DNA of 64,000 bases from assembly GCA_963719505.1 (NCBI GenBank), contig CAVRCF010000001.1:640001-704000 (forward strand). The letters are read 5' to 3'. Each line of letters opens with the position of its first letter. The first letter of the stretch is position 1. Below the pieces are notes generated by a model. That model was not told where the DNA came from and did not search any database. It worked only from the letters and a program-made list of their open reading frames with translations. The stretch comes from Halobacteriovoraceae bacterium. GTDB taxonomy: Bacteria; Bdellovibrionota; Bacteriovoracia; Bacteriovoracales; Bacteriovoracaceae. Both the position numbers and the translations under genes were made by a program. This document shows, piece by piece, positions 16,743-27,322 of this stretch.

Positions 16743-19429
16743 TAGCCGCCAAATAAAGTTAAACTGTTTTGAATAGACTTCACTTGTTCTTCAAAACCTG
16801 AAGCTTTCTCTTTAACCTCAGCAACAACTTCGTCTGGGGCATTTTCTATAAACTTGGGGTTTTTAAGTTTCTTTCCAACTTTTTCAAACTCTTTTTCAGC
16901 TTTTAAAAGGTCGTTGTTTAATTTGTCTATGTAGCTATCAATATCAACGACTCCTTCAAGAGGGATAAAGACTTCAGTGTGTGTACTCGCCTTCATAATC
17001 GACTTCTCTGGTCTTTCAACTGTTTTATCTTTGATTTTTCCCGAGCGAACACGAGCGAGTTCTTTAAAGTAACCTCGACTTTTATAGAAATATCTCGCAA
17101 GGGCTTCATCATCTGTGAAGAAACGAACATCAATTTCTTCTTTAGGCTTGATGTTAACTGAATTTCTAAGGTTTCTAATATTTGTGATGACTTCGATAAA
17201 TTTATCCATATTATTAACGTCTTCACTGAATGAAAATTCAGGATTGTATTCAGGATACTTTTGACTAATAAGTAAACTCTCATCAACAGCTTTAAGATGA
17301 CTCCATATCTCTTCTGAAATAAAAGGAGTAATAGGGTGAAGAAGCTTCATAATATGTTTAAAGCAATACTTAAAAACATTGGCCCTTTGTGCTCTTAAGG
17401 CTTCGTTCTCTGAGCTTAAGATTCCTTTTGATAGTTCAATGAACCAAGAACAAAATTTATCGTACACGAAAGAGTAAAGTGTATTACAGGCATCATCAAA
17501 TCGATACTCTTCCATAGATGCTGTTACTTTTTTTGTCACATCGTTGAGTTCACTTAGAATCCATTTTTCGTGGTGATGAAGATCAATCACTTCGAAACCT
17601 TTGTCATTTGCATTTTCTAGATGAGGATGAATGAACCTAAAGGCATTCCAAACTTTGTTGACAAAATTTCTATAGCCTTCAATCTTTTCAGGATCAAGAT
17701 TTATATTTCTATTGTAACCAGAGCTGACGGCCAGGGTGAACCTTAAAGAGTCACATCCATACTGCTCGATAATATCAAGAGGATCTATAACGTTTCCTAA
17801 TGATTTACTCATCTTGACACCGTCTTTATCCCTTACAATGGCGTGGATATAGACATGATCAAAAGGTGACTTCCCCGTCGCCTTATTGGCCATCATCATC
17901 ATTCTTGCAACCCAAAAGAAAATAATATCAAAACCGGTAACCAGTGTGCTTGTTGGATAGAAACGATCAAATCCTTTCTCTTTCATGGCATTCTCATCAG
18001 GCCAACCAAGTACGCTTAGTGGGAATAATCCTGAAGAGAACCATGTATCAAGTACATCTTGATCCCTTTCAATTTTTTCGCTATCGCACTTTGGACATTT
18101 TGATAACTCAGCTTCTGAAGCCATTTGATGCTGACACTCAGTACATTCATAGACTGGAATTTGATGTCCCCACCATAGTTGTCTTGAGATACACCATGGT
18201 CTTGGATTTTTTTGATATGAGTAATATGTATTCTCCCATCCCTTTGGAAAAAATTTCATTTTTTCGTTTTCTACTTCTTTAACAGATATTTCGGCCATCT
18301 TTTGTGTGTTTAAGAACCACTGCTTTGAGACCATAGGTTCAACTACGGTTCCGCTTCTTTGAGAATGACCGACCTGTTGAACATGGTCTTCAGTTTTAAC
18401 AAGCTGTCCTATCTCTTCCAAAAGGCTTACTGTTTTCTTTCTTGCTTCTTTAGATGTTAGACCTTCAACTTCCTTGGCATTTTCATTGAGAGTACCATCT
18501 TTGTTAATAATATTGATGATCTCTAAGTTGTGGCGCTTTCCAATTTCATAATCATTAAAGTCATGACCCGGAGTCACTTTGAGACAGCCTGTACCTTTTT
18601 CCATGTCAACATGATCATCAGCGACTATTAAAACTTCTCTGTTGCAAATAGGGACGATGGCCATTTTTCCGATAAGATGTTCGAAGCGATCATCGTTTGG
18701 ATTTACCGCAACGGCGGTGTCACCAAAAAGAGTCTCTGGTCTGGTCGTTGCAATCTCAAGAAGGGCATTGCTTCCTTTTACTTTATAGTGGATATGATAA
18801 AATTTTCCATTAATTTCTTTGTGATCAACTTCAGCGTCACTTATGGCTGACTGAAGTTTTGTATCCCAATTTATAATATAATTGTCTTGATAAATTAAAC
18901 CTTCATTAAACATATCGACAAAGAATTTGTTAACAGCTTTGTGAGGACCTTCATCCATGGTGAACGTAAAGTAGTCCCAGTCACAACTATCCCCAAGCTT
19001 TTTAATTTGCTCGATGATTTGACCACCGTATTCTTCTTTCCATTCCCAAATTCTATTTAAAAACTCTTCACGACCAAGATCATGTTTCGTTTTTCCTTCC
19101 TCTTTAAAAATTTTCTCTTCGACTTTAGCTTGAGTCGCTATACCTGCATGGTCTTGCCCCGGAACCCAAAGAGTTTCAAAGCCCTGCATTCTTTTAAATC
19201 TTGCAATGACATCCTGAACAGTGTGATCAAGTGCATGTCCCATATGGAGTTTCCCTGTAACATTTGGGGGAGGCATTAGCATTGTGAATGTACCCTTTTG
19301 TTTATTGGGCACAGGTTTAAAGGATTTCTTATCCATCCACGTTTTATACCATTTATCTTCAATCCCTTTTGGGTCGAATGTTTTTGGAAGTTCATTTGCA
19401 TCTATTTCAGTTGTATTATGATCCGTCAT
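16742..19429 (-). CDS. valS: Valine--tRNA ligase
   Basis: PPPNVTG.LHMGH, DHAGIATQ, WCISRQLWWGH, KMSKS, C-terminal coiled coil. Confidence 0.97.
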   Translation of the reverse strand: MTDHNTTEIDANELPKTFDPKGIEDKWYKTWMDKKSFKPVPNKQKGTFTMLMPPPNVTGKLHMGHALDHTVQDVIARFKRMQGFETLWVPGQDHAGIATQAKVEEKIFKEEGKTKHDLGREEFLNRIWEWKEEYGGQIIEQIKKLGDSCDWDYFTFTMDEGPHKAVNKFFVDMFNEGLIYQDNYIINWDTKLQSAISDAEVDHKEINGKFYHIHYKVKGSNALLEIATTRPETLFGDTAVAVNPNDDRFEHLIGKMAIVPICNREVLIVADDHVDMEKGTGCLKVTPGHDFNDYEIGKRHNLEIINIINKDGTLNENAKEVEGLTSKEARKKTVSLLEEIGQLVKTEDHVQQVGHSQRSGTVVEPMVSKQWFLNTQKMAEISVKEVENEKMKFFPKGWENTYYSYQKNPRPWCISRQLWWGHQIPVYECTECQHQMASEAELSKCPKCDSEKIERDQDVLDTWFSSGLFPLSVLGWPDENAMKEKGFDRFYPTSTLVTGFDIIFFWVARMMMMANKATGKSPFDHVYIHAIVRDKDGVKMSKSLGNVIDPLDIIEQYGCDSLRFTLAVSSGYNRNINLDPEKIEGYRNFVNKVWNAFRFIHPHLENANDKGFEVIDLHHHEKWILSELNDVTKKVTASMEEYRFDDACNTLYSFVYDKFCSWFIELSKGILSSENEALRAQRANVFKYCFKHIMKLLHPITPFISEEIWSHLKAVDESLLISQKYPEYNPEFSFSEDVNNMDKFIEVITNIRNLRNSVNIKPKEEIDVRFFTDDEALARYFYKSRGYFKELARVRSGKIKDKTVERPEKSIMKASTHTEVFIPLEGVVDIDSYIDKLNNDLLKAEKEFEKVGKKLKNPKFIENAPDEVVAEVKEKASGFEEQVKSIQNSLTLFGG

Positions 19430-19430
19430 T

Positions 19431-20741
19431 TTAACCTTTGATTAATTTCTGTATATTTTTGATATCCGTTAATTTTATATTCTCGCCGTCTCTTGTTGCT
19501 AGGTCCTTTATTTGCACAACTCCATCTGCTAACTCATTTGAGCCAATCATTGCGACAAATTTGTGCCCTTTGGACTCTGCCAATTTGAAAACCTTCTTAA
19601 ATTTGATGGTTCCTAGGTTGAGTTCGATATTGAGATTAAGCTGGCGAAGTTCACTCGCTAGTTTAAATGCCGCAGCTTCACAGTCTTCATCGAAGTAGCA
19701 AATAAGCATGTCATTTTTTGCATGAGAAAGGTCTGGAAGAAGTTTATGAGTCTCTAGGAAGTCTCGAAGTGTAACATCGCCCATTCCAAAGCCAATTCCT
19801 GGAAGGGGGCTTTCATTAAATATTTGTAATAGGTTGGCATAGGCTCCGCCACCTGCAATCGCTCTTCTATTGTCGGGATGCTTGTCAAAAACTTCAAAGA
19901 CGACACCTGTATAATAGTCAAGACCCCTAACAATCGTTGGATCGTACTGAAGTGATTCATACACAGGAAGGTTTTTAACTTTTTTTACAAATGAGTTGAA
20001 AGAATGAGATTCTTCTTCAAGACCGTGTCGAGATAAAAAGCTAAAAAGCTCGTCGAAATTTTTAATTTCAAGATAACTTTTAAAAGTCGAAATCAATTGC
20101 TGATCGGTAATGATTTCTGAAATCATTTTATCCAGAGCTTCCGGTTTAACTTTTTTGGCTTTATCTATCACTTTGTAGAGTTTATATGTTTGGTCCTTGT
20201 CGAGTTTTAAAAGATCTTCAAAGATTGAATCGACAACGGTTCTGTCGTTGATGAGAATTCCATACATAGAGGTGTTAGCACCAAATTTTTTCATCAAATT
20301 ATCAACAAGAGAGAGAATCTCTATCTCTCCAAGTTTGTCTTCTGCACCAAAGATATCAGCATTGAATTGCCAATGCTCTCTCAGTCTTCCTCTTTGGGGT
20401 TTTTCATACCTCATGAGATTGGGAAGAGAGTACCACCGTATTGGTTTACTCGTTTCTCTGTGAACACCCGCAACCATTCTTGCTACGGTCGGTGTCATTT
20501 CAGGTCTTATGGCGACCTTGCGATCTCCGCGATCAGTGAATGAATAAATTTGCTCGTTTATTAATTCTTCTCCAGATTTGGCCAAGTACAGATCAACTTC
20601 TTCTAAGAGGGGGCCATCATAGGCTTCATAGGCAAAACTATGAGCAATATTTCTCATGTTTTCAAAAAGATAATCCCTCACTCGCATCTGAATGGGGTAA
20701 AAGTCACGACAACCTTTGTAGGGCTTTTTCGACAATGCCAT
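19431..20741 (-). CDS. hisS: Histidine--tRNA ligase
   Basis: RPEMT, RYEKPQRGRLREH.Q, VRGLDYYTG.VFE, GGG.Y. Confidence 0.96.
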   Translation of the reverse strand: MALSKKPYKGCRDFYPIQMRVRDYLFENMRNIAHSFAYEAYDGPLLEEVDLYLAKSGEELINEQIYSFTDRGDRKVAIRPEMTPTVARMVAGVHRETSKPIRWYSLPNLMRYEKPQRGRLREHWQFNADIFGAEDKLGEIEILSLVDNLMKKFGANTSMYGILINDRTVVDSIFEDLLKLDKDQTYKLYKVIDKAKKVKPEALDKMISEIITDQQLISTFKSYLEIKNFDELFSFLSRHGLEEESHSFNSFVKKVKNLPVYESLQYDPTIVRGLDYYTGVVFEVFDKHPDNRRAIAGGGAYANLLQIFNESPLPGIGFGMGDVTLRDFLETHKLLPDLSHAKNDMLICYFDEDCEAAAFKLASELRQLNLNIELNLGTIKFKKVFKLAESKGHKFVAMIGSNELADGVVQIKDLATRDGENIKLTDIKNIQKLIKG

Positions 20742-20816
20742 ATTGATTCCTTAAATAACTAAAATAACAGTTATAGGTATCAAAATTAAGTCTGAATGTT
20801 AAGTTTTTGAATTGCG

Positions 20817-21686
20817 TTATTGCTCTGTTTCCTCGGCATTTTCTGGTGCAATGACATCGATAGCTTTGGAAGCTGAACTCATGTCGGACTCGCCTAGATC
20901 TTCTACTGTTTCTTGCGCCTTAGCCTTTTGACTCGCTGAGTCCTCTTCCATTGAATCTTCTTTTATAGGCTGACTAGCTTCAGGGGTAAGAGAAATTTCA
21001 GGAATAATAAAAAGCTGATCACTTCCCGAGTCGCTCTTTCTAGCAAACTCCTTGAAGTAAAAAGACTTTTTGGTAAGTCTCTCGATTGTATCGAGGGCAA
21101 TCTTTTTGGTAAGACTATTGAATTCCTCGGGACTCATGCTTAAAAAAGCGCTAAGCATAGGGGAGATATATTTTAAAACTCTCTCAACTCTTTTTGCTCG
21201 CAAAAGGTCTTTAGGGTTACTTCTGTCGACACTTTGATAGCGAGTTAAAAAGTTATCCGCCATAAAGGGGGATAGGTCATTCAGTATGGTTTCTATAATC
21301 CAGTTAGAAAAGCTCGCATAGATCACCTTATTCTTTTCTAGTTTTTTATTGATCGACTTGATGATTGTCTGATTAACTTGAAGCTTTGCTGTGTCTTGTA
21401 GATATTGATTTGTTAAAATACTTCTATAAGTTTCAGACTTTAGAAGGAACATCAGCTCTTTTGAGTCTAGTCCCTTAAGGTCTGAATTTATTAAATCAAG
21501 GCGAGCGATGAGGTTTTGTTTTTCATCTTTTGAAAGAGGAGATGCTTTCAAGTGTTCTATTAGAAGTTCGATCTCGTAGGGAACGGATTTAGAGACGATA
21601 CTCAAGCCAGATATGTCTTGAGCAAAAAGTGTGGTTGTGATCAACAATGCTAAAAGGCTAATCATCTTTAATAAGTTTATCGTCAT
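20817..21686 (-). CDS. Secreted hypothetical protein with acidic tail
   Basis: Signal peptide (TTTLFA); start uncertain (ORF track gives 21713). Confidence 0.65.
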   Translation of the reverse strand: MTINLLKMISLLALLITTTLFAQDISGLSIVSKSVPYEIELLIEHLKASPLSKDEKQNLIARLDLINSDLKGLDSKELMFLLKSETYRSILTNQYLQDTAKLQVNQTIIKSINKKLEKNKVIYASFSNWIIETILNDLSPFMADNFLTRYQSVDRSNPKDLLRAKRVERVLKYISPMLSAFLSMSPEEFNSLTKKIALDTIERLTKKSFYFKEFARKSDSGSDQLFIIPEISLTPEASQPIKEDSMEEDSASQKAKAQETVEDLGESDMSSASKAIDVIAPENAEETEQ

Positions 21687-22692
21687 TGAGTCGACTCTTT
21701 CCTTCTGCAACAAAATACTTATCTCTGAAAGGGATTAATATCGTCCCATCCATATTGATAATATTAGTTACATATCTCAGATCAGTTAAAATTGTTAACT
21801 TATTTTCTTTTAAATCAATTTTAGCAACTTCAGTTTTTTTTGTATTAAGTGATTTATTTTCATCAAGTGTTTTTACAAAATAGATGTTCTTTTCAGAGCA
21901 GACAATATTTCCGATGTCGTTTAATTGACTTGAATAGATTTGTGTTATGGTATTAAAGTCTTTGTTGTTGTAGAGAGGAATCTTGAAGATTGAGCTTCCA
22001 TGATCAGCTTCGGCGAAACTAAATTCACCCAAATAAATATTATCACCTTGGATGCAGAATTTTAGGTTCATCCCGTTAAATCGACTTTTGTAAACGGTCG
22101 TAAAAGTCTTATCAAAAATAGAATACATAATAAGGGCCATTGACCCTTTGGAGTTAATATCAGTATAAAAAAGTGTATCCTTGGTTGCCATCAAAGCTTG
22201 TGGGCGAAAGAAAGGATTAATTTGATTTTTCAATTTTACTGTAACGACTGCCTGATCTGTCTTTAAACTTTTTGCCTTTATTTCTTGAGTCTTAGAGTCA
22301 TAGTAATTTATCCATGTGTCTTCTAAGTTGAGGGATAAGAAAGCACCATCGCTAATTTTCTCAAGCTTATCCTTTCCATAGTCGAGGGAGTAAAGAGTGG
22401 TTGACTTAATAGCACTCAAATTCCTGTGGAATTCTTTTTCTTGTTCAACGATTAAGGTCTTTCTCGATGGACTACCGAAAATTAAGTATGATGTCGAGTC
22501 CTCGTCCTCTTTAAGAGTACTGCTAGAGTAATTAGTGGACAAGAAGAGCTTTCCGTTTTGTTGGAAATAAGTAAATTTTCCATCTTTTGAAAGAAAGCGA
22601 ATATTGTTAAGCGCCTGTTTCGTTTGCATTTCAGGAAGCTTAGAAAAAGCAATAAGTGGCAAAGTAAGAAGAAGGATTTTAATAAAGGGCAT
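21658..22692 (-). CDS. Secreted hypothetical protein, possibly TolB-like beta-propeller
   Basis: Signal peptide from ATG 22692; SKDGKFTYF and repeated short beta-strand patterns. Confidence 0.55.
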   Translation of the reverse strand: MPFIKILLLTLPLIAFSKLPEMQTKQALNNIRFLSKDGKFTYFQQNGKLFLSTNYSSSTLKEDEDSTSYLIFGSPSRKTLIVEQEKEFHRNLSAIKSTTLYSLDYGKDKLEKISDGAFLSLNLEDTWINYYDSKTQEIKAKSLKTDQAVVTVKLKNQINPFFRPQALMATKDTLFYTDINSKGSMALIMYSIFDKTFTTVYKSRFNGMNLKFCIQGDNIYLGEFSFAEADHGSSIFKIPLYNNKDFNTITQIYSSQLNDIGNIVCSEKNIYFVKTLDENKSLNTKKTEVAKIDLKENKLTILTDLRYVTNIINMDGTILIPFRDKYFVAEGKSRLNDDKLIKDD

Positions 22693-24643
22693 ACAACCCC
22701 CACAGGTTAATCGAGCTAAAAGCTTGGTAGGCTTTAACAGAGCTAAAGATATAACTCCAAGGGACAATTCTTGGAGCATTTAAATCATCGTAAGCTGTTC
22801 TTAAAACAACAGACAAAATTCCCTTTTCCTCAAAGTATCCATCGATGATAAAAGGAAGAGGATTACATTCATTCAGTGTTCTTTTTTGGAAGAAACTAGG
22901 AAGAAGGTCGGCTCGGCACCCAACACCATGAATAATTGCATCAGGCTTTTCTTTGAATAATTGTTGGAGGAAAGTAATATTAAAAATCTTTTTAGTTTTC
23001 TTTTGATAGAAGTCTCTTAAGAATTTTTCTTGAGCTAGGTTTTGAGCCGTGTATTTATCAGCAAAGTAAGGGAAGGTTACGCCCTGTCTAACAGAGATAT
23101 GATTTATGGCCACCTCATCTTTTATGATTTTAAAACGACAGTCAGTAACATAACACTGGTCAGAGTTTAAAATAATCCAACAACCGGACTTATACTCTAA
23201 AAGAGTTGGCTTATATGCGGATTCCTCTACCGCTTTACAGGTTTGATTTGCCGAGAGCCCTCGAGTTCTTCTCATTATTTTGGAGATGACAAAGCTAAGA
23301 GATTGTTCGCTTTTTTCATAATCTCCAAAAAGAACGGGCTCACAAACATCAACAGCATTTATTTTATCTCTATAACAAACCTTGTTTCCCCAAAACTTTG
23401 CATCATTTGTTTCCATATTCATTTTTAGAAACTGATAAGCCGAGTTTGTTTGACAGTCGGAGCCAAGAGTTGGTTTTTCCTTGTCAAAATGAGCGGCGAT
23501 TCTTGAGATATTGACAAGAGAGAGATTACCAACCTTTGAAGGACAGTCGTTAAAGTTTGATTGAAGTCTTGAAAAATTTAAAGCTTTAGATATATTGGGG
23601 CAAGTAGGCTTTGGTGTAAGACTTTGAGAATATTTATTGAGGTACTGACATCTCTTGTCCTCGTTTGATAATGTGCGAGCACAGTTTTTGATATCCCTAT
23701 CAGTGAGTTTTACTTTTTTTAGAAGTTCCTGGCAAAACGGATAAATTGTCACTGCTGGTTTTAGCTTCTCTGAAACTTTTTTAAAATAACTTGTGTTAAA
23801 AAAGTCGTCACAAAAAAGTTTGGGCTTTTCTATGTTCTCACAGAGATTTTTTAGATAGTCATAAGAATTTGCATTTAAGCTTTTTTTGTATGCTTGTGCC
23901 TGTCTCAAGTCTCTTTTTAATTGTGTTAGTTTTCTATAGTCAGACCTCGGGGTTGAGTTAATTTTTACTTCTAAAGGTCTAATGGACTCAACCTCTTCGT
24001 AGATCATACAAAGATGAGGTGTTTTGTAGTCGGTTGTAAACTCTTTGTGAATACTGAGGCATTCGTCATTTGTTGAAGGTGTCTTTAAGAAAATTGTGCT
24101 GAGGGTTTTCTTTGCATTTTGTACTGAAAAGTAAAGTGAGAATTTTTTTGATTCCGGACATTGAACAAAAGCGACTTTGTCTAAAAAGATGGCCCTAGAG
24201 ACAAGAGCTGTTTTTTCTTCTTCTTTTCTATCTTTGTAATTCACAATGAGATGAGTGATTGGTCCATCTGAGTCTTTTATGTGATTGGCTAAAATAAGGT
24301 CATAAAAAGAGCATTTGTCCTTTGAACCTAACGAGGCATATTTAGAAGGGGAATAGAAAAGAATATGATTAATAAAGTCTGGATCAAGCGTGAGCTGGTT
24401 TATATCTTTGACATCCAAAAGATTTGAATAACTACTTTTAAGCTTTTCTTTTTTTTCAGCATAGAGTTTTTCTTCAATCTCAAGAAGTGACTCCATAGTA
24501 GAGTATAAGCCTGGTAGTTTTTTTTGAATAACCTTAGGTTTTGTTTGAGCGGCAAGGGATTGGGAAAATGCCAGGACGATAAACGCCCCGGCTATAAAAC
24601 TCTTATTCAATAGATTTTCTAAGAATTGATGCAACATCTTCAA
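22679..24643 (-). CDS. Large secreted Cys-rich hypothetical protein
   Basis: 654-aa ORF with signal peptide (SLAA) and more than 20 Cys; true start may be TTG 24610. Confidence 0.7.
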   Translation of the reverse strand: MKMLHQFLENLLNKSFIAGAFIVLAFSQSLAAQTKPKVIQKKLPGLYSTMESLLEIEEKLYAEKKEKLKSSYSNLLDVKDINQLTLDPDFINHILFYSPSKYASLGSKDKCSFYDLILANHIKDSDGPITHLIVNYKDRKEEEKTALVSRAIFLDKVAFVQCPESKKFSLYFSVQNAKKTLSTIFLKTPSTNDECLSIHKEFTTDYKTPHLCMIYEEVESIRPLEVKINSTPRSDYRKLTQLKRDLRQAQAYKKSLNANSYDYLKNLCENIEKPKLFCDDFFNTSYFKKVSEKLKPAVTIYPFCQELLKKVKLTDRDIKNCARTLSNEDKRCQYLNKYSQSLTPKPTCPNISKALNFSRLQSNFNDCPSKVGNLSLVNISRIAAHFDKEKPTLGSDCQTNSAYQFLKMNMETNDAKFWGNKVCYRDKINAVDVCEPVLFGDYEKSEQSLSFVISKIMRRTRGLSANQTCKAVEESAYKPTLLEYKSGCWIILNSDQCYVTDCRFKIIKDEVAINHISVRQGVTFPYFADKYTAQNLAQEKFLRDFYQKKTKKIFNITFLQQLFKEKPDAIIHGVGCRADLLPSFFQKRTLNECNPLPFIIDGYFEEKGILSVVLRTAYDDLNAPRIVPWSYIFSSVKAYQAFSSINLWGLYALY

Positions 24644-26603
24644 CTTGTAGATTTTCAGTTCCTGTTTTATTACCTTTACCTGAGTTAAAGTTTATCATAC
24701 AAAAAGAACATGATGTAGCAAGTTTCTCAACTTTTGTGGAGTTAACATGGTGAAGTCTTCCTTCAACGAGCTCAGTTCCCTCATGAACTTCGTACCACAT
24801 ATTTCCTCCACCCATTCCACAGCATAGGGCTTTGTCTTTATTCTTTTCCATCTCTTTAAGAGCAATACCCGGAATTGATTTTAGAATCTCTCTAGGTGCG
24901 TTATACTCACCATGATGTCTTCCAAGGTAACAAGGGTCATGGAAAGTTAAATCTTCTCTTACTTCTATTTTAGGTTTTAATTTCCCGTTAGAGACAAGAT
25001 CGGCTAGTAACTCTGTGTGGTGGATTGTTTCAAAATCACCATCATCAAATTTTGCGTACTCTTTGCCAATTGTGTGAAGACAATGTGGGCAGTGAGTGAC
25101 TACCTTTCCGAAATCATATTGATTCATATTTGCAATATTCTCGATGGCAACTTCAAAGAAAGAATACTCATCACCAAACCTTCGAATAGGGTCACCGTTA
25201 CACTTTTCTGTTTTACCCATAACGGCAAAGTCAACACCGGCTTTTTTAAGAAGTTCGACAGTGTCTTTAACGACTTTTTGGTTTGAAGCATCGTAAGATC
25301 CGGCACAACCAACATAGTAGAGGTAGTCGACCTTTTTACCAGCTTCAATGAGAGGAACATCCATTCCATCAGCCCATTGGAACCTATCATCTTGAGAGAC
25401 ACCCCATGGGTTTCCATTAATTTTAATATTGTTAACTGCAGTTGCAGCCTCCGGTGGAATTTCACCAAGAGTAAGTGCTTTATATCTTTTAAGTCCCATA
25501 ATCTGTTGAACGTGTTCAATATTCATTGGGCACTCTTCCATACAGGCACCACATGTCGTACATGAATCAAGTTCTACTGCAGAGTAAAGAGGGTTCTCCC
25601 AGAAATCAACTTCGCCTTTGTCACCTGCCACCATTACATCACGCATTTTTGTAATAATTGTTTTCGGATCAAGCGGTCGACCAGCTAAGTTGGCAGGACA
25701 AACGTTTGTACATCTTCCACATTCAACACATGAGATCGCATCCATTCTTTCTTTGGAAGTAAGTTCACTCGACTTCCCAAGTCCAAATGTTTCAGCAGTC
25801 TCATCTTCAAAATCCATTATGTTCAAGACACCCCCGCGACGCGCTGGTGTGAATAAAGCGTTGAGAGGAGCCGCAACCATATGGAAGAATTTGGTATGTG
25901 AAATACAAGCTAAGAAAGCCATTGTGTTGATCATGTGAACCATCCACACGACTTGATAGGTAAGAATCAAACCTTCACTTTGTGGATTCGCCATTTTTAG
26001 GATTGAGGCTACAAACCAACCAACCGGAGACCACATGGCCTCTCCACTTGGCATGCCTGCTGCAACTAATCTCATCGCTTCAAGAGCGTACCCTAAAATG
26101 ACAAGAGCAAAAATCATGGCATACATGAACTTTTCATTATTTGGATTCGTTGCACTTAAATAATCTGGCTTGTCGATGTAACGTCTTTTATAAGCCATTG
26201 CTAAACCGATCAGAATTGCGATTCCGGCCCAGTCAGCTAAGAAAGATACAACAATATAGGTTGTTCCTGTATAAAGTTTTAAAGGGGTATCCGCGTGAAT
26301 TGCAACAAGCTCTGTTGCAATAAGAAGGATCACAAAACCATAATAAATAAGACTATGAAAGATTCCGACTTTTCCATCACGAGTAACTTTTCCCGTAAAT
26401 AAAATAGTTTCAAGCATCCTTTTGAAGTTGAGCTTCTGCGGAAGAAGTGATTTGTATCCGCGACCTTGCGTCACAAATTTGTATTTATCTAGGGCGCCCT
26501 TGATAAAAATTCCAATCGCAATAAACATAAAAAGATACATCGCAACTTTAAAGCTCGTTGGGATTTGCCACAAGACTTCTCTTGTTGCTGTAGTAACATC
26601 CAT
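24603..26603 (-). CDS. Membrane-bound Fe-S oxidoreductase (FadF/HdrD-like)
   Basis: N-terminal TM domain; CVECGRCTNVCP and CTTCGACMEECP; CCG domains (YYVGC, FHDPCYLGR, CCGMGGG); RBS GGAGG before ATG 26603. Confidence 0.9.
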   Translation of the reverse strand: MDVTTATREVLWQIPTSFKVAMYLFMFIAIGIFIKGALDKYKFVTQGRGYKSLLPQKLNFKRMLETILFTGKVTRDGKVGIFHSLIYYGFVILLIATELVAIHADTPLKLYTGTTYIVVSFLADWAGIAILIGLAMAYKRRYIDKPDYLSATNPNNEKFMYAMIFALVILGYALEAMRLVAAGMPSGEAMWSPVGWFVASILKMANPQSEGLILTYQVVWMVHMINTMAFLACISHTKFFHMVAAPLNALFTPARRGGVLNIMDFEDETAETFGLGKSSELTSKERMDAISCVECGRCTNVCPANLAGRPLDPKTIITKMRDVMVAGDKGEVDFWENPLYSAVELDSCTTCGACMEECPMNIEHVQQIMGLKRYKALTLGEIPPEAATAVNNIKINGNPWGVSQDDRFQWADGMDVPLIEAGKKVDYLYYVGCAGSYDASNQKVVKDTVELLKKAGVDFAVMGKTEKCNGDPIRRFGDEYSFFEVAIENIANMNQYDFGKVVTHCPHCLHTIGKEYAKFDDGDFETIHHTELLADLVSNGKLKPKIEVREDLTFHDPCYLGRHHGEYNAPREILKSIPGIALKEMEKNKDKALCCGMGGGNMWYEVHEGTELVEGRLHHVNSTKVEKLATSCSFCMINFNSGKGNKTGTENLQVEDVASILRKSIE

Positions 26604-26710
26604 TTTTCCTCCAAAACGTACCGAGACAGAATTGACTGGCTGCGACACTAAATCCACACATTCTTAGTTTTTTATACCCTATCAATATACAATAATTTAT
26701 AGTTTAAGTC

Positions 26711-27322
26711 ATGATTGCAATTCTAGACATTTTAATATTTTTTAGCTTTTTCACTTTGCTTGCCGGACTAAACTTCAGGATGGTGCAACAAGTTAAAAAC
26801 ATTCCTATCACCGAAGCCAATATTTTAATTTTAATTTTTCTTTTTGGGCTCGATCTTGTGTTCGTTGCGATGACTGCGCGCTTTTTTGAGCTAGGAGTTG
26901 ACCTCAATTGGGCCGTCATTTTGATGACTTGCTTTGGTTTGCTATCTCTTAGTTCGATCACAATAGGCGTTATGGTAAAAATGGGTTTGGCCACAGGTAA
27001 AAAGATGAGAACTTTGCTCAGGTTACCTTTGATTGGTGCGCTTGTGGGCTTTTATCTAAAAGATGAGAGAGCACTTTATCTTTTTGTTGGTATTGAGTTA
27101 ATATTAACAATATATTTTTTCATGATGAAAGATGAATACAATTACGTTTTTCGCCAGCAGATCAAAGGGCTTTATGGTTTTCTGCTGTTCGCTATACTAC
27201 TTAAAAATAATTTCTTGGCCTACTCACTTATCGGGCTGTTTATCTTCGTGCTCATGAAAAATCAGATTATTAATCAAGTAAAGCTCAAACTTGTGTTGGA
27301 GAAGAGTCAAAATGAAATTTAA
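26711..27322 (+). CDS. Hypothetical integral membrane protein
   Basis: About 7 hydrophobic segments. Confidence 0.7.
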   Translation: MIAILDILIFFSFFTLLAGLNFRMVQQVKNIPITEANILILIFLFGLDLVFVAMTARFFELGVDLNWAVILMTCFGLLSLSSITIGVMVKMGLATGKKMRTLLRLPLIGALVGFYLKDERALYLFVGIELILTIYFFMMKDEYNYVFRQQIKGLYGFLLFAILLKNNFLAYSLIGLFIFVLMKNQIINQVKLKLVLEKSQNEI

